A DNA stretch of 37,215 nucleotides from a candidate division WOR-3 bacterium (GCA_027050205.1 JALUCS010000066.1:1-37215), one strand, 5' to 3'; counted from the stretch's first letter, positions 9,883 to 19,850 are shown. The notes: generated by a model from the sequence alone, not told the origin. A program made the numbers and translations.

Positions 9883-9924
9883 CCCTCTTGCGTGATCCGG
9901 CCTGCTTCTGTATAATTCCCTCGT

Positions 9925-11535
9925 ATGTCCATCGGTATGGTATTCTGGACTCTCGGTTCGGGGGCGGAGAGGTTCTACGTTGTACCCCGGAGCCTTACCC
10001 TACTGCACAGGGAACACTTCGCCGGATACAGACAGGAGGAGACCTACGCCCACTTTGACCGTTTCTCCTTCGTCTCCAAGGTCGGATACGTCGGTGGAAT
10101 GGAGTTGAGGGACGAGGGCGGGAAACTCACCGGGAGCTACTCGGCCTCCTTCGTCGGATTGACCGGGAAGTACTACACCGCCCCCATAGGGGCGAAGGGC
10201 TGGAGCCTCGGCTTCGGCCCCGGACTTATGCTCTCCAAGATCCACACCTATGCGGACTGGGCGCTGACGGCCAACTTGGTAGCCTACGGTTCCTTTGACG
10301 CCGGGCGGATTATGCTGCGGCTTGACAACCTCGGTATGGGTACCCTCCTGACCGTGCCGGAGACCTTCGCCGGAGGGTACTTCCTTCTCCCCGGAGGGAC
10401 CCGCCTCGGTGGATTCTTGAGGTTCTTCGGGGACTTGGATCTGGACGCCGGTCTGTACCTCGCCAAGAGGATTTCCGTCCTGGACCTGGAGGTGATACCC
10501 GCCTACAGGTACGTCACCTTCGGTCTGTCCCTTGGGGTGGGTCCCCTGAAGTTCCGCTACCAGTACACCCACTCCTACTACGGCCTCGGCTCCCACCTCG
10601 CCGGGATGACCTTCTACTGGGGTACCCAGAGGGGTATAGAGGAGAGGATAGGGAGGCTTGAGGCCAAGGTCTCGGAGCATGAGCGCCAGCTGAAGGACAT
10701 ACGCAAGAGGATAGCCGAGATGGAGATGGAGGCGGAGGCCAAGGCCCGCTACCTCATCCGGAAAGCCCGGAGGACGAGGGACCCGGAGAAGGCCCTTAGG
10801 TTGGTGGAGATGGCGGCCGTATTCCACCCCTCCCCCGAAACCGACTACCTCATAGACAGCCTCAAGGGTGAGGTCGTAAGGAAGAGGAAGGAGCGGTACA
10901 TAAAGCGGATCAACGCCTTCCTCCGGAACAAGATGTATGCCGACGCCTACGCCGAGGCGCTGGACTTCGTGAGGGAGTTCCCGGACGACCCTAGGGCCAT
11001 CAAACTCTTCAAGGAGATAGAGGCCCGCATAAACCGCCGGCTCCAGAAGAGGGAGAAGGTAAAGGAGGTGAAGAGCCGGGCGTTAGACATATACTCCGAT
11101 AGGAACGTTAGGCGGGCGGACAGCCTCATAAACGCCGGTATGTACCTGAAGGCCTACGAGCTGATAAAGAGCCTTCCAGACTCGCCGGAGAAGGTGGCCC
11201 TCCTGACCAAGATAAAGCGGAAGTCCTCCGCCTATCTGGACTCCGCACGGGTGAATATAAAGCGGAAGGAGTGGGCTAGGGCTAGGGCCTACCTGGAGGC
11301 CTACTTGGACCTGACTCAAGACGCCAAGGCCGTCAGTCTCCTCCAGAAGGTGAACGAGAGCATGGAGAAGCAGGCCGAATTCCACTACCTCAAGGCCCTG
11401 GAGTCCTTCCAGAAGGGGGACGTACTCGGAGCCTACGCCCACGCCGAGGTGGCCTACGAGCTTCAACCCCACAACGAGAAGTACCGCAAGATATACGAGA
11501 GGCTGTCCAAGCTTTACGGGAGGTACGTTAGATGA
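9925..11535 (+). CDS. PorV/PorQ-like beta-barrel fused to coiled coil and TPR-like helical repeats
   Basis: ELRDEGGKLTGSYSAS, LDNLG, TFGLSLG...FRYQY...LGSH resemble PorV family; C-term helical repeats such as AEFHYLKALESFQKGD. Confidence 0.55.
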   Translation: MSIGMVFWTLGSGAERFYVVPRSLTLLHREHFAGYRQEETYAHFDRFSFVSKVGYVGGMELRDEGGKLTGSYSASFVGLTGKYYTAPIGAKGWSLGFGPGLMLSKIHTYADWALTANLVAYGSFDAGRIMLRLDNLGMGTLLTVPETFAGGYFLLPGGTRLGGFLRFFGDLDLDAGLYLAKRISVLDLEVIPAYRYVTFGLSLGVGPLKFRYQYTHSYYGLGSHLAGMTFYWGTQRGIEERIGRLEAKVSEHERQLKDIRKRIAEMEMEAEAKARYLIRKARRTRDPEKALRLVEMAAVFHPSPETDYLIDSLKGEVVRKRKERYIKRINAFLRNKMYADAYAEALDFVREFPDDPRAIKLFKEIEARINRRLQKREKVKEVKSRALDIYSDRNVRRADSLINAGMYLKAYELIKSLPDSPEKVALLTKIKRKSSAYLDSARVNIKRKEWARARAYLEAYLDLTQDAKAVSLLQKVNESMEKQAEFHYLKALESFQKGDVLGAYAHAEVAYELQPHNEKYRKIYERLSKLYGRYVR

Positions 11536-14500
11536 GAAGGTTCTCTCTCCTCGCGGGGATATTGGCAATTTACGGTGGGGAGTTGCAGGCCCACCTGAAG
11601 GTCTATAGTTTGTCTCTCCCTACGCCGGCCACCGTCATCTCAACCGCCTTGAACGTCCTGCCGGACGGTACCGTCCTCCTGTCCGCCTACGACACCTCCT
11701 ACTCTGCTATGGCCTTCCTGAAGGTGGAGCCGGTGGTCTCGTCGGTCACAGCCTGCGGCGTAGATGACCCGTTCCCTACGAGGCCCTTTTACCTATCCCT
11801 CAAGGTCAGGGACGGAAGGCTGGTCTCCACGTCTGCGGGAGGGGTACTCCTGGCGGATACGGCTCTGGATACTATCCTGCGGATAGGGGTGGGGACCGGG
11901 GCGGACGCCGACATCGTCGCGGGGGACACCCTCCTCCTGGTCTGGGGGGACAGCCTCTCCATCACCTTAGGCTACGTCTCCTCCGGCTCCTTCTCCCCCA
12001 TTCAGACCTTGAGGTTGTCGTCCGTCAGGCCAGACAGCCTTTACTACGCCGTAAGGACGTACTACGGTGGGGCGGTGGTGGCCCACGCCTCCGGGGACAC
12101 CCTAATGCTAACCTACGTCTCCACCTTCGGGGGTACCCTAACCTACGACAGTACGGTGGCCTTCGTCCTTCCCCCCTCTCTGGACCTCGTCCCCTCCGCC
12201 CTTAGGTTGGCATGGCTCCCTTCGGAGAGGTTGCTCCTCGGCTTCACCGTAGGGGACGGCGTCAGGACTTACCCCGCCTTCCTGATTCGGGGGATAGAGG
12301 ACTCCGCCTTCGTCATGGACTCCTCCGGGATCCTATCGGATATAAGGCCGGCCCAGGGCGGTATCCTTGTGGTCTCCAAGGGTCCCTCCTCCTTCGCCCA
12401 ACTCGTGGCGTCGGGGACGCCGGACACCTCCCTTGAGGGTGTGAGGTACCCTGACATCGCCGAGGGGGGGACGGAGTTCAGCGTAGGCCACTACGTCCTC
12501 TCTGGCCATACGTCCTTGGGGGCCATAACCCTCATTTACAGCGACTTCTACCCGACGGATACCGTCGTAGTCAGGGACGTACGTACGTGGTCCCCTTTGA
12601 GTTTGACGAAGACCACCGTCCCCCTGACGACCACCCCGGCCTCCGTTTCTATGACCAGTTCCCTGGTCTCCTGTTCCCCCGTAACCGTCAGTGCCAGCGC
12701 CATCGCTGCTGACGATACGATCCCCCCCATCCTGACCTCCTACCCGTCGGACACCGTAATAAAGTCGCAGGATACCCTCGTCTTCGGCTTCTCGGAGGAG
12801 ATGGACCCCGAAACCTTCCGGTACGGGACGAGGGTTGAGGCCTACGGCTCCCTCAAGTTCCCAGTTGCCACCCACTCCTTCTGTACGGGGACCTACTGCT
12901 ACCTCATCGTGAGGGCGCCGGGAGCCGACTCCTTAGTGGTGAGCCTTACGGCTTTCATAACGGATACGGCCGGAGTACCTCTCGCCCCCGGATCCCGCAT
13001 AAGCCTCTCCTTCTCCGTCCTACCGGAGCGGCCCCGCATTCTCTTCACCCAGCCCGACAGCGGGGAGATAGACGTCCCCCTCAACGCCAACGTTGGGGTA
13101 TGGTTCTCAACGGGCATAGACTCAACTACGGTAAACTCCTACACGGTGGATATTAGCGACGGTACGGTCACCTATCCCTTCACCGTCTCCTGTTCCCTCC
13201 CGAACATGTGCGTCCTGGACCCCATCGGGGACTTCCCACCGGCCACCCGCATAGCCGTAAGTTTCACCGCCGGTATAAGGGACACCTTCGGCCAGCCCAT
13301 CTTCCCGAAGGTTATAACCTTCCGGACAGTGGAGGAGGATACCCTCGCACCGAGGGTGGCTATGACCGTCCCCGATAGCGGGGACATCGGGGTACCCCGG
13401 AACTTCGCCCTTAGCGTCCTCTTCACCAAACCCATGGACACCACCACCGTAGCCGGAGGGGTGAGCCTCCTTGGATCCTCGTCGGGCGCCCACACCTTCA
13501 ACGTGTTCTGCCCCACCCTCAAGAACTGCGTCATCCGTCCCCTAAGCTCCTTCATGGCCTCCGAGGTGGTGACCGTACGGTTCAACTCCTCCATACGAGA
13601 CACCTTCAACCGCTCCCTCGTACCCAAGACGGTGATATTCCAGGTAGGCTCCACCTTTGACAACGTCCCCCCCAACGTGAGCGTAATCGCCCCACCCAAC
13701 GATACGATAGTCCTGTACCACCCCATCCTCTCCCCCCTCAAGGCGGCCGTCTGGGACAACTCCGGCATCCTGATGGCCTCGTGGCTCATAGGCTCGGAGG
13801 CCCACCACGCCCCCCTCTCCTGTAGGGACCTACCCTACGTGGCCTCCGACACCACCTGCCTTGACGTCTCCACCCTTCCCTCCGACACCTACAGGGTGAG
13901 GGCCATAGCCTACGACCTCGCCAACACCCAGAGCGTGGATTCGGTCGTCCTGATAGTGCGGGATACGGTCAGGCCGCGGGTCTCCTTCACGGAGCCGGCG
14001 AACGGCGAGGTGTCCGTCTCCCCCTACACGCACGTGAGCGTAACCTTCACGGAGCTTATGGACACCCTCCACTTCCCCGACTCGGCCGTAAGCGTCAGCA
14101 TAAACTCCTCCCCCGTCCCCTTCTCCCACACCTGGAACACCCCCTACACCCTCCGCCTCACCTTCCCCAGCCCCCTGCCTTGGGACTCCATCGTGGTGGT
14201 CTCCTTAGACTCCCTCCGGGACCTATCCGGCAACCTCCTCGTACCCTACACCTTCTCCTTCAAGGTCGTTAGCGAAACTCACGTGAGGGTGGATTGGCTG
14301 GTGTTGGAGCCGGATACGGTCTTCGCCGGAAACAGGGACAGCGTGAAGGTGGTGGCCATCGCCAGGTCCGACCGCTCCATAACCGACGCCTTCCTGACCG
14401 TTGGGGAGGACAGCCTAAGGATGGAGGCGACGGACGGGCAACTGGACGAGCCGGTTGAGACCCTCGCCGTATGGTTGAGGACGGACAGCCTGAAGGCGGG

Positions 14501-14852
14501 GGAGTACCCCCTGACGGTCAAGGCCTTCAACCCCTACACCTTCGGCACATCAACCACCCGGAAGCTCTACGTCCTGGACGTCCCCCTCCTCTCCAAGGAC
14601 AACGTTTACGTCTATCCGAGTCCGGTGAAGGACCACGGTAAGGTCAGGGTGGTGGTGGGTGAGCCTACCGTAATAACGGTGGAGGTGTTTGACCTGAAGT
14701 ACCGGAGGGTGATGTACGAGCGTCGCACCGCCTCCTCCGCCGGCGTGTACGAGTGGGACCTCCCGACCCTGCCCGTGGGGGTCTATCTCCTTAGGGTGAA
14801 GGCCGGGGACCTCACCGTTCGGAAGTGGTTTGCCGTAGTTGGGAGGAGGTGA
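11532..14852 (+). CDS. Large secreted protein with tandem Ig-like (Big_5/SbsA-like) domains and T9SS-like CTD
   Basis: Repeats PRVxxTxPxxGxxxVP...VxFTxxMDxTT...IRDxxG; CTD VYVYPSP...VFDL...LPVGVYLLRV...KWFAVV; signal peptide MRRFSLLAGILA. Confidence 0.8.
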   Translation: MRRFSLLAGILAIYGGELQAHLKVYSLSLPTPATVISTALNVLPDGTVLLSAYDTSYSAMAFLKVEPVVSSVTACGVDDPFPTRPFYLSLKVRDGRLVSTSAGGVLLADTALDTILRIGVGTGADADIVAGDTLLLVWGDSLSITLGYVSSGSFSPIQTLRLSSVRPDSLYYAVRTYYGGAVVAHASGDTLMLTYVSTFGGTLTYDSTVAFVLPPSLDLVPSALRLAWLPSERLLLGFTVGDGVRTYPAFLIRGIEDSAFVMDSSGILSDIRPAQGGILVVSKGPSSFAQLVASGTPDTSLEGVRYPDIAEGGTEFSVGHYVLSGHTSLGAITLIYSDFYPTDTVVVRDVRTWSPLSLTKTTVPLTTTPASVSMTSSLVSCSPVTVSASAIAADDTIPPILTSYPSDTVIKSQDTLVFGFSEEMDPETFRYGTRVEAYGSLKFPVATHSFCTGTYCYLIVRAPGADSLVVSLTAFITDTAGVPLAPGSRISLSFSVLPERPRILFTQPDSGEIDVPLNANVGVWFSTGIDSTTVNSYTVDISDGTVTYPFTVSCSLPNMCVLDPIGDFPPATRIAVSFTAGIRDTFGQPIFPKVITFRTVEEDTLAPRVAMTVPDSGDIGVPRNFALSVLFTKPMDTTTVAGGVSLLGSSSGAHTFNVFCPTLKNCVIRPLSSFMASEVVTVRFNSSIRDTFNRSLVPKTVIFQVGSTFDNVPPNVSVIAPPNDTIVLYHPILSPLKAAVWDNSGILMASWLIGSEAHHAPLSCRDLPYVASDTTCLDVSTLPSDTYRVRAIAYDLANTQSVDSVVLIVRDTVRPRVSFTEPANGEVSVSPYTHVSVTFTELMDTLHFPDSAVSVSINSSPVPFSHTWNTPYTLRLTFPSPLPWDSIVVVSLDSLRDLSGNLLVPYTFSFKVVSETHVRVDWLVLEPDTVFAGNRDSVKVVAIARSDRSITDAFLTVGEDSLRMEATDGQLDEPVETLAVWLRTDSLKAGEYPLTVKAFNPYTFGTSTTRKLYVLDVPLLSKDNVYVYPSPVKDHGKVRVVVGEPTVITVEVFDLKYRRVMYERRTASSAGVYEWDLPTLPVGVYLLRVKAGDLTVRKWFAVVGRR

Positions 14853-16134
14853 AGGCCAAAAATAGGGTTTCAAAGGGGACGAGGTAAAGCTTGAAGCGGA
14901 GGGCGTCAAATCCCCCGAAGGGGTTGTAGATGGAGTAGAGGAGGACGAGGAGGAGGTAGGCCAGAATGAGGGGACGGTAGGAAGGGCCACACCCGTAGGT
15001 GCAGGCGAGGGCGAAGAGGAGGAGGAGGCCGTACAGCCCTATGAGGACCCGGAAGGGCCAGGCGAGGGGTCCGACCTTGGCGAAGAAGGGGGACTCGGAT
15101 AGGGAGGGGACGAGGAGGGAGGCGAAGTTGAGGGGAACCCTCTTGATGAAGGTTAGGACGTCCTCCAAGCCAACCTCGGACAGGAGGAGCGTACGGAAGC
15201 AGGAGGAGTACTCCCGGTTGTTTATCTGGAACATCTGGAGGTAGAGGTTGAGCCTATCGTCCCCCATCCCCAAGGCGGATGGCTCCGGCACCCCCTTCTC
15301 CCTCAAACACGGCCGCAGCCTATCCCATACGTCCCTTACGAAATCCGCCACGTCGCTGTAGGGTTCGCCTCTGGCCCTCTCAATATGTAGGGCGTAGGCC
15401 CACAGGTAGAAGTTGGACTGGTCCCCGCAGGCCCTCGCGTGGGTGTAGTGGACGGCGACGGGGAGGACGAGGGGCAGGAGGGAGAGGGACAAGGGCTTCC
15501 TCTTGAGGAGGAGGGGTATAAGGGGCAGGCCGAGGATGAGGGTCTCCGGCCTAAGGAAGGCCGCCAAGGTCAAGGGCAAAGGGGCGAGGATGAGGTAAAT
15601 AGACGATCCGGTCCGGATGGACCGGGCGAGTAAAAAGGCATAGGCCAGCAGGAAGGTGGCGGTGGGGGCCTCAAGCATCAGGAAGGGGAGGTAGTAGAAC
15701 ACCACGGGGAGGATCAGGAGGGCGAGGAGGAGGTTCGTACGGTACCTTCCGGGGTTGAACTCCCACAGGAGGAGGGCCAAGAGGTTGGCGAAGAGGAGGG
15801 AGAAGGTAAGGAGGTAGTACAGGGGGAAGTACTCACCGAAGAGGGCCATGAAGGGGAGGAAGACGTAGGACTGGGGAACACGGTAGCACAGGCGGAGGAT
15901 CTCACCTCCGACGTTCAGGATCGGCTCCCCGTACTTGAGGATAGCGTAGGCGGGAGGCAGGTAGTACAGGAAAGTGTCCGAGGACTTACCGACGAAGTGG
16001 GCCGTCAGAAGTTCCCGAAGCGACCCCAAGGGGGCCGTAAGGGATATACCGAGGCGTAGGGCGTTCAGGATGCGGAAGAGGGGAGGGATGAGGTAAAGGA
16101 GGGAGAGAGCGAGGTGGAGCTTTAGGCGTTTCAC
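14812..16134 (-). CDS. Multi-pass membrane protein, GT-C (PMT/ArnT-like) glycosyltransferase-like
   Basis: Many TM segments; DT...Y loop, YRVP, LMLEAP, FLRPE, late LRFKL motif. Confidence 0.5.
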   Translation of the reverse strand: MKRLKLHLALSLLYLIPPLFRILNALRLGISLTAPLGSLRELLTAHFVGKSSDTFLYYLPPAYAILKYGEPILNVGGEILRLCYRVPQSYVFLPFMALFGEYFPLYYLLTFSLLFANLLALLLWEFNPGRYRTNLLLALLILPVVFYYLPFLMLEAPTATFLLAYAFLLARSIRTGSSIYLILAPLPLTLAAFLRPETLILGLPLIPLLLKRKPLSLSLLPLVLPVAVHYTHARACGDQSNFYLWAYALHIERARGEPYSDVADFVRDVWDRLRPCLREKGVPEPSALGMGDDRLNLYLQMFQINNREYSSCFRTLLLSEVGLEDVLTFIKRVPLNFASLLVPSLSESPFFAKVGPLAWPFRVLIGLYGLLLLFALACTYGCGPSYRPLILAYLLLVLLYSIYNPFGGFDALRFKLYLVPFETLFLAFTSSQLRQTTSER

Positions 16135-17093
16135 CTGTACCTGTCCCAGGCCGGAGGCTCGTCTCCCTTCCCCAGACGCGCCTTTACGTGGTAAGGTAGG
16201 GCAGACACCTTCAGGACGCAGTCCGAGACGCTCAACGTAAAGCGGAGGACGTTGTCCAGCTCGCTAAGGTTGTTCGGCCAAGGGTAGGTGTAGAGGACGT
16301 CCGTGAAGCCCTCCTCCATCTCCACCCTGCGACTGCATTTCCCATCCCTTTCCACCTTCCTTAGGATATGCTCAAGGAGGAGGAGCCTCTCCTTAGGGGG
16401 CCTCTCCGAGAGGGCGGGGACGTAGAAGAAGGGGACCGTGGATAGGATGTCTGGGACCTCCGTCCCCTCAACGATGAATATGGCTTGGTATCTCCGGCGG
16501 TGGATTTCCCCCATCAGGGCGGCCAGTTCCCCATCGTCCCTGAAACTGGAGACGTCCACCACCACGTCCTTGGGTTCCTCCTCCCCCCCAACCCGAAAAC
16601 CTATGGACTCCCCTGCCACGTGGAAGGCGTCCCGGTACCTGTCCCCTAAGATGGTGCGCACCAGCTTGCTCTTACCCGTACCGTTGGGGCCGTAGATACC
16701 GACCCATGGCCTCAAAGGGCTGTGGAGGACGGCGGTCAGGACGTTGTAGAGGTATCGGCCATAGCCGTAGTAGGATACGTACGGGACCGTATCGGGGTAA
16801 GAGAGACCGAAGGTCCTATCGTAGAGGTGGGAGATCCTATCCCTCGGCGTCATACGGGCGTACTCCTCAAGGAAGCGGCTGACCTCCTCCGACGAGGGAA
16901 AGACGTAATCCACCGTAGGGGGAGCCTCGGCCTTATTACCTAACATCACGGTCGGGAAACTCTCGGATATCTCCCGGAGGCTATCCTGTGGGAGGCCGTC
17001 GTCCAGGACCACCACATCTGGGAAGTTGGCGACGGTATAAACGCGGGTGTATCCGCTCGTGTCCACCTTACCCGACAGGTTGAGTACCCTCAT
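16131..17093 (-). CDS. Degenerate sigma54-activator (NtrC-like) AAA+ protein
   Basis: Walker A GPNGTGKS, VPALSER, YPWPNNLSELDN; no GAFTGA and no HTH. Confidence 0.6.
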   Translation of the reverse strand: MRVLNLSGKVDTSGYTRVYTVANFPDVVVLDDGLPQDSLREISESFPTVMLGNKAEAPPTVDYVFPSSEEVSRFLEEYARMTPRDRISHLYDRTFGLSYPDTVPYVSYYGYGRYLYNVLTAVLHSPLRPWVGIYGPNGTGKSKLVRTILGDRYRDAFHVAGESIGFRVGGEEEPKDVVVDVSSFRDDGELAALMGEIHRRRYQAIFIVEGTEVPDILSTVPFFYVPALSERPPKERLLLLEHILRKVERDGKCSRRVEMEEGFTDVLYTYPWPNNLSELDNVLRFTLSVSDCVLKVSALPYHVKARLGKGDEPPAWDRYR

Positions 17094-17099
17094 AATCCT

Positions 17100-17840
17100 T
17101 CAGTGTATCAGGACTTGGAAGGCGGTCATAGCAACGACGGAGAGGGTTATGGTGGTGGCCACTATCTGGGGGGACGTGTCCTTGAGGGCGTCGGATAGGA
17201 GTTCCGAGAAGGCTATCCAAAGCATAGCCCCGGCGGCGAAGCCCAGACCTACGGGCAGGAAAGGTTTGAACACCTCAACGAAGAGGTAGGACGGTACGGC
17301 CATCAGGGGCTGGGGAAGGGAGGTGAATATGGACCACAGGGCCGCCCAAACCCAATGGACCCCCCTCGGTACCATCACGAGGGAGACGGCGAGGCCTTCG
17401 GGGATGTTGTGGACAGCTATCGCCAGACTTATGAAGGTACCGAACTTTTCCCCCCCACCGAAGGACACCCCAACCCCTACCCCCTCGGCGAAGGAGTGGG
17501 CCACCATCACCCCTATTATTATCAGGACCTTTCGGGCATCAATGCCGCTCAAGACGCCGAGGTGGATGTCCTCCTGATCATGCAGGAGCTTGTGGCTTAG
17601 GACGATGAAACTTAAACCGACCAAGACCCCAACCATCGTACGGATGAGACTGTAGGATATCCCCTCGTTTATGAGGCCGAAACTCGCCGTTATCATAAGG
17701 CCGGCGGCGATGGCGTTGGCTATGCCGAGGTACTTCCGTTTGAACCTCTTAAACACGGCGAAGGGTAAGGCACCGAGACCGGTGGCCATCGCCGTCAGGA
17801 GAGCGTAAAGAAAAACCTTCCATACACTGATACCTTCCAC
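17100..17840 (-). CDS. ZIP family (ZupT/GufA) metal transporter
   Basis: ATGLGALP, HSFAEGVGVG, IAVHNIPEGLAV, GFAAGAM. Confidence 0.9.
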   Translation of the reverse strand: MEGISVWKVFLYALLTAMATGLGALPFAVFKRFKRKYLGIANAIAAGLMITASFGLINEGISYSLIRTMVGVLVGLSFIVLSHKLLHDQEDIHLGVLSGIDARKVLIIIGVMVAHSFAEGVGVGVSFGGGEKFGTFISLAIAVHNIPEGLAVSLVMVPRGVHWVWAALWSIFTSLPQPLMAVPSYLFVEVFKPFLPVGLGFAAGAMLWIAFSELLSDALKDTSPQIVATTITLSVVAMTAFQVLIH

Positions 17841-18267
17841 GAAGGGATTCTAAACCTGCACCGGTTTAGCCTTGAGGGGGCGTACTCGTCAGGTCCCTTG
17901 GCACTATAATTCACCGGTGAGGGATGTTCGGGACAGCCTACGAAAAGCCGTTGAAGCCCTCCAGTATCGCGAGGAACAAAATCCCTGAACCCGGATTGGG
18001 GATCTCCGCTTAAAGCTGGTCGCAACAATGCCGTCAAAACCTCGCAATTGAAGTGCAGCTATCAGATGCATTTCTAAAATTCTAAAACCGTATTTTAATA
18101 AACTTAAAATGTGTGTTTAAAGAATTGAAAGTCTGACTTTAAGATTTTGACACTTCGCAGGTCCACCGGACGGTGCAGGGAATTAGATGCCGTATATCGT
18201 TTCCATTTGAAAGCGCTAGACACAGGCTATCATCCTATGAGCGTAATACCGGTGTCCTTCTACCGGA

Positions 18268-18555
18268 TCAATGCCGGGGTAGACAAATGTCCTTTCCTAT
18301 TCCCGTCAGCCTGTTTATGAGCGAATACACCGCCCTAACGTTCCTCACCTTCCACAGGTCGCTTATGAACGGATCCTTAAGGACCTTAAGGGTGGCGAGG
18401 TAGGTTATCCCGGCGGCGGAGGAGACGTACTGTAATTTATACCCTTCCTACCTCCCCGTCCCCTTTTTGACCCCGGCCTTCTTTAAGGCCTCCTCGGCGT
18501 TCTGGAGATAGTCCTTGGCCGCTCTCCTGGGAGGTGATGGGTTCCCTGTCCTCAA
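18268..18555 (-). pseudogene. Interrupted DUF5618-like (HEPN-like) gene with in-frame TAG
   Basis: Hand translation from TTG overlapping the TolC stop: ...AAKDYLQNAEEALKKAGVKKGTGR*EGYKLQYVSSAAGITYLATLKVLK...; TAG at 18448-18450. Family recognised from memory. Confidence 0.55.
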
Positions 18556-19850
18556 TCTACGGGGGCGCGGGCGATGTAGTACGCCCTGTAGTAGTGCAGC
18601 CTGACGTCGGCTACCGCCCTCTTGTAGTTTAGACGGGCGTTCCGGTAGGAGACTTCAACCTGCTTCAGGTCGGTGTAGGACAGGCGACCGTTTTTGTAGG
18701 CCTCGCGGGCCAGTTTGAAGGACTCCTCCGCCATCTTCAGGGCCTCCCTCGCCGCGTCCAGCCTCTCAAGGGCGCCCTCGTAATCCCGTACGGCGTTCCT
18801 TAGATCCGTCCGGGCCTTCTCTTCCAAGAATACGGCCCTCCTGTACAGGGCGTCCGCCTGGTACCTGTACCTCCTGTAGGAGTGATAGGGCTTCAGACCG
18901 TCAAAGAGGTTCCAACTTAGGCCGAGGGTGGCGACGTAGTTGCTCCCCCACTTGTCCTCAAATCCGAGGGGTCTCTGGTAGTTGTAGGAGACGGAACCGA
19001 ATAGCGTAGGCAGGAAGGCCTTAAGCTCCTCCTTGCCGACCTCTTTAAGTACTCTGGCCTGCTCCTTCAGGTACTCCACGTCTGCCCTCCGTAGAGCCGT
19101 ATCTAAGTCCCCTTCGGGTAGGGAGAGGGTGTCCCCAAGGGTTAGGGGGAGGGTGTCGGGGAGGCCGAGGAGGAGTTTGAGGTTGGCCAAGGCCTCCTCG
19201 TAGGACTTCCGGGCGTTGGACAGGTTGTAGCGGCTGTTCTCGTAGGTGACCTTCGCCCTTAGGTAGTCCAACCTGCTCGCCCTACCGTTGTCGTACGCCT
19301 CCTTTACGAGTTTCAGGTTATCCTCGGCGAACTTGAAGGACTCCTCCGCCACCTCCATAGACTCCTTGGCGAGGAGGGTTAGGGTATATACCCGCCTGAC
19401 CGTATAGACGTAGGAGAGTTTTTTGGCCTCGTAGTCCTTCCACCGGCTCCGGAAGAGCCTCTTCTGGAGAAAGTACCCCCTCTCCATCCTCCCCCACGAC
19501 CACAACACCCTACTTAAGGTCAGGGAGAAGCGGAAGTTGTGCTTCCTGCCAAACTCAAAGGTGTCGACGACGAAGCTGTCGGGGTATGCTATCCCCTGGC
19601 CGGAGCCGGGGGGTACCTCCCTGAAACGCCACCTTACGGGGGAGACCATCTCCATCTGGGTTACGTAGGAGTTGTAGGAGTAGCCGAACTGAAACTCAAG
19701 CTTCGGCCAGAGAGTGGACCCCACCTCCTTGACCTGCGCCCCGAAGGCCTCTATGTCAAGGCTGTCGGCTATCAGGATGGGGTAATTCTTCAGACCTATC
19801 TCAACCGCCTTCTCCTCCGTTAGGGTGAAGGACAGAAGTACGAGGGTCAT
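18552..19850 (-). CDS. TolC family outer-membrane efflux protein
   Basis: LTEEKAVEIGLKNYP, two helical repeats YDNGRASRLDYL / YKNGRLSYTDL, LSWNLFDG. Confidence 0.85.
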   Translation of the reverse strand: MTLVLLSFTLTEEKAVEIGLKNYPILIADSLDIEAFGAQVKEVGSTLWPKLEFQFGYSYNSYVTQMEMVSPVRWRFREVPPGSGQGIAYPDSFVVDTFEFGRKHNFRFSLTLSRVLWSWGRMERGYFLQKRLFRSRWKDYEAKKLSYVYTVRRVYTLTLLAKESMEVAEESFKFAEDNLKLVKEAYDNGRASRLDYLRAKVTYENSRYNLSNARKSYEEALANLKLLLGLPDTLPLTLGDTLSLPEGDLDTALRRADVEYLKEQARVLKEVGKEELKAFLPTLFGSVSYNYQRPLGFEDKWGSNYVATLGLSWNLFDGLKPYHSYRRYRYQADALYRRAVFLEEKARTDLRNAVRDYEGALERLDAAREALKMAEESFKLAREAYKNGRLSYTDLKQVEVSYRNARLNYKRAVADVRLHYYRAYYIARAPVD

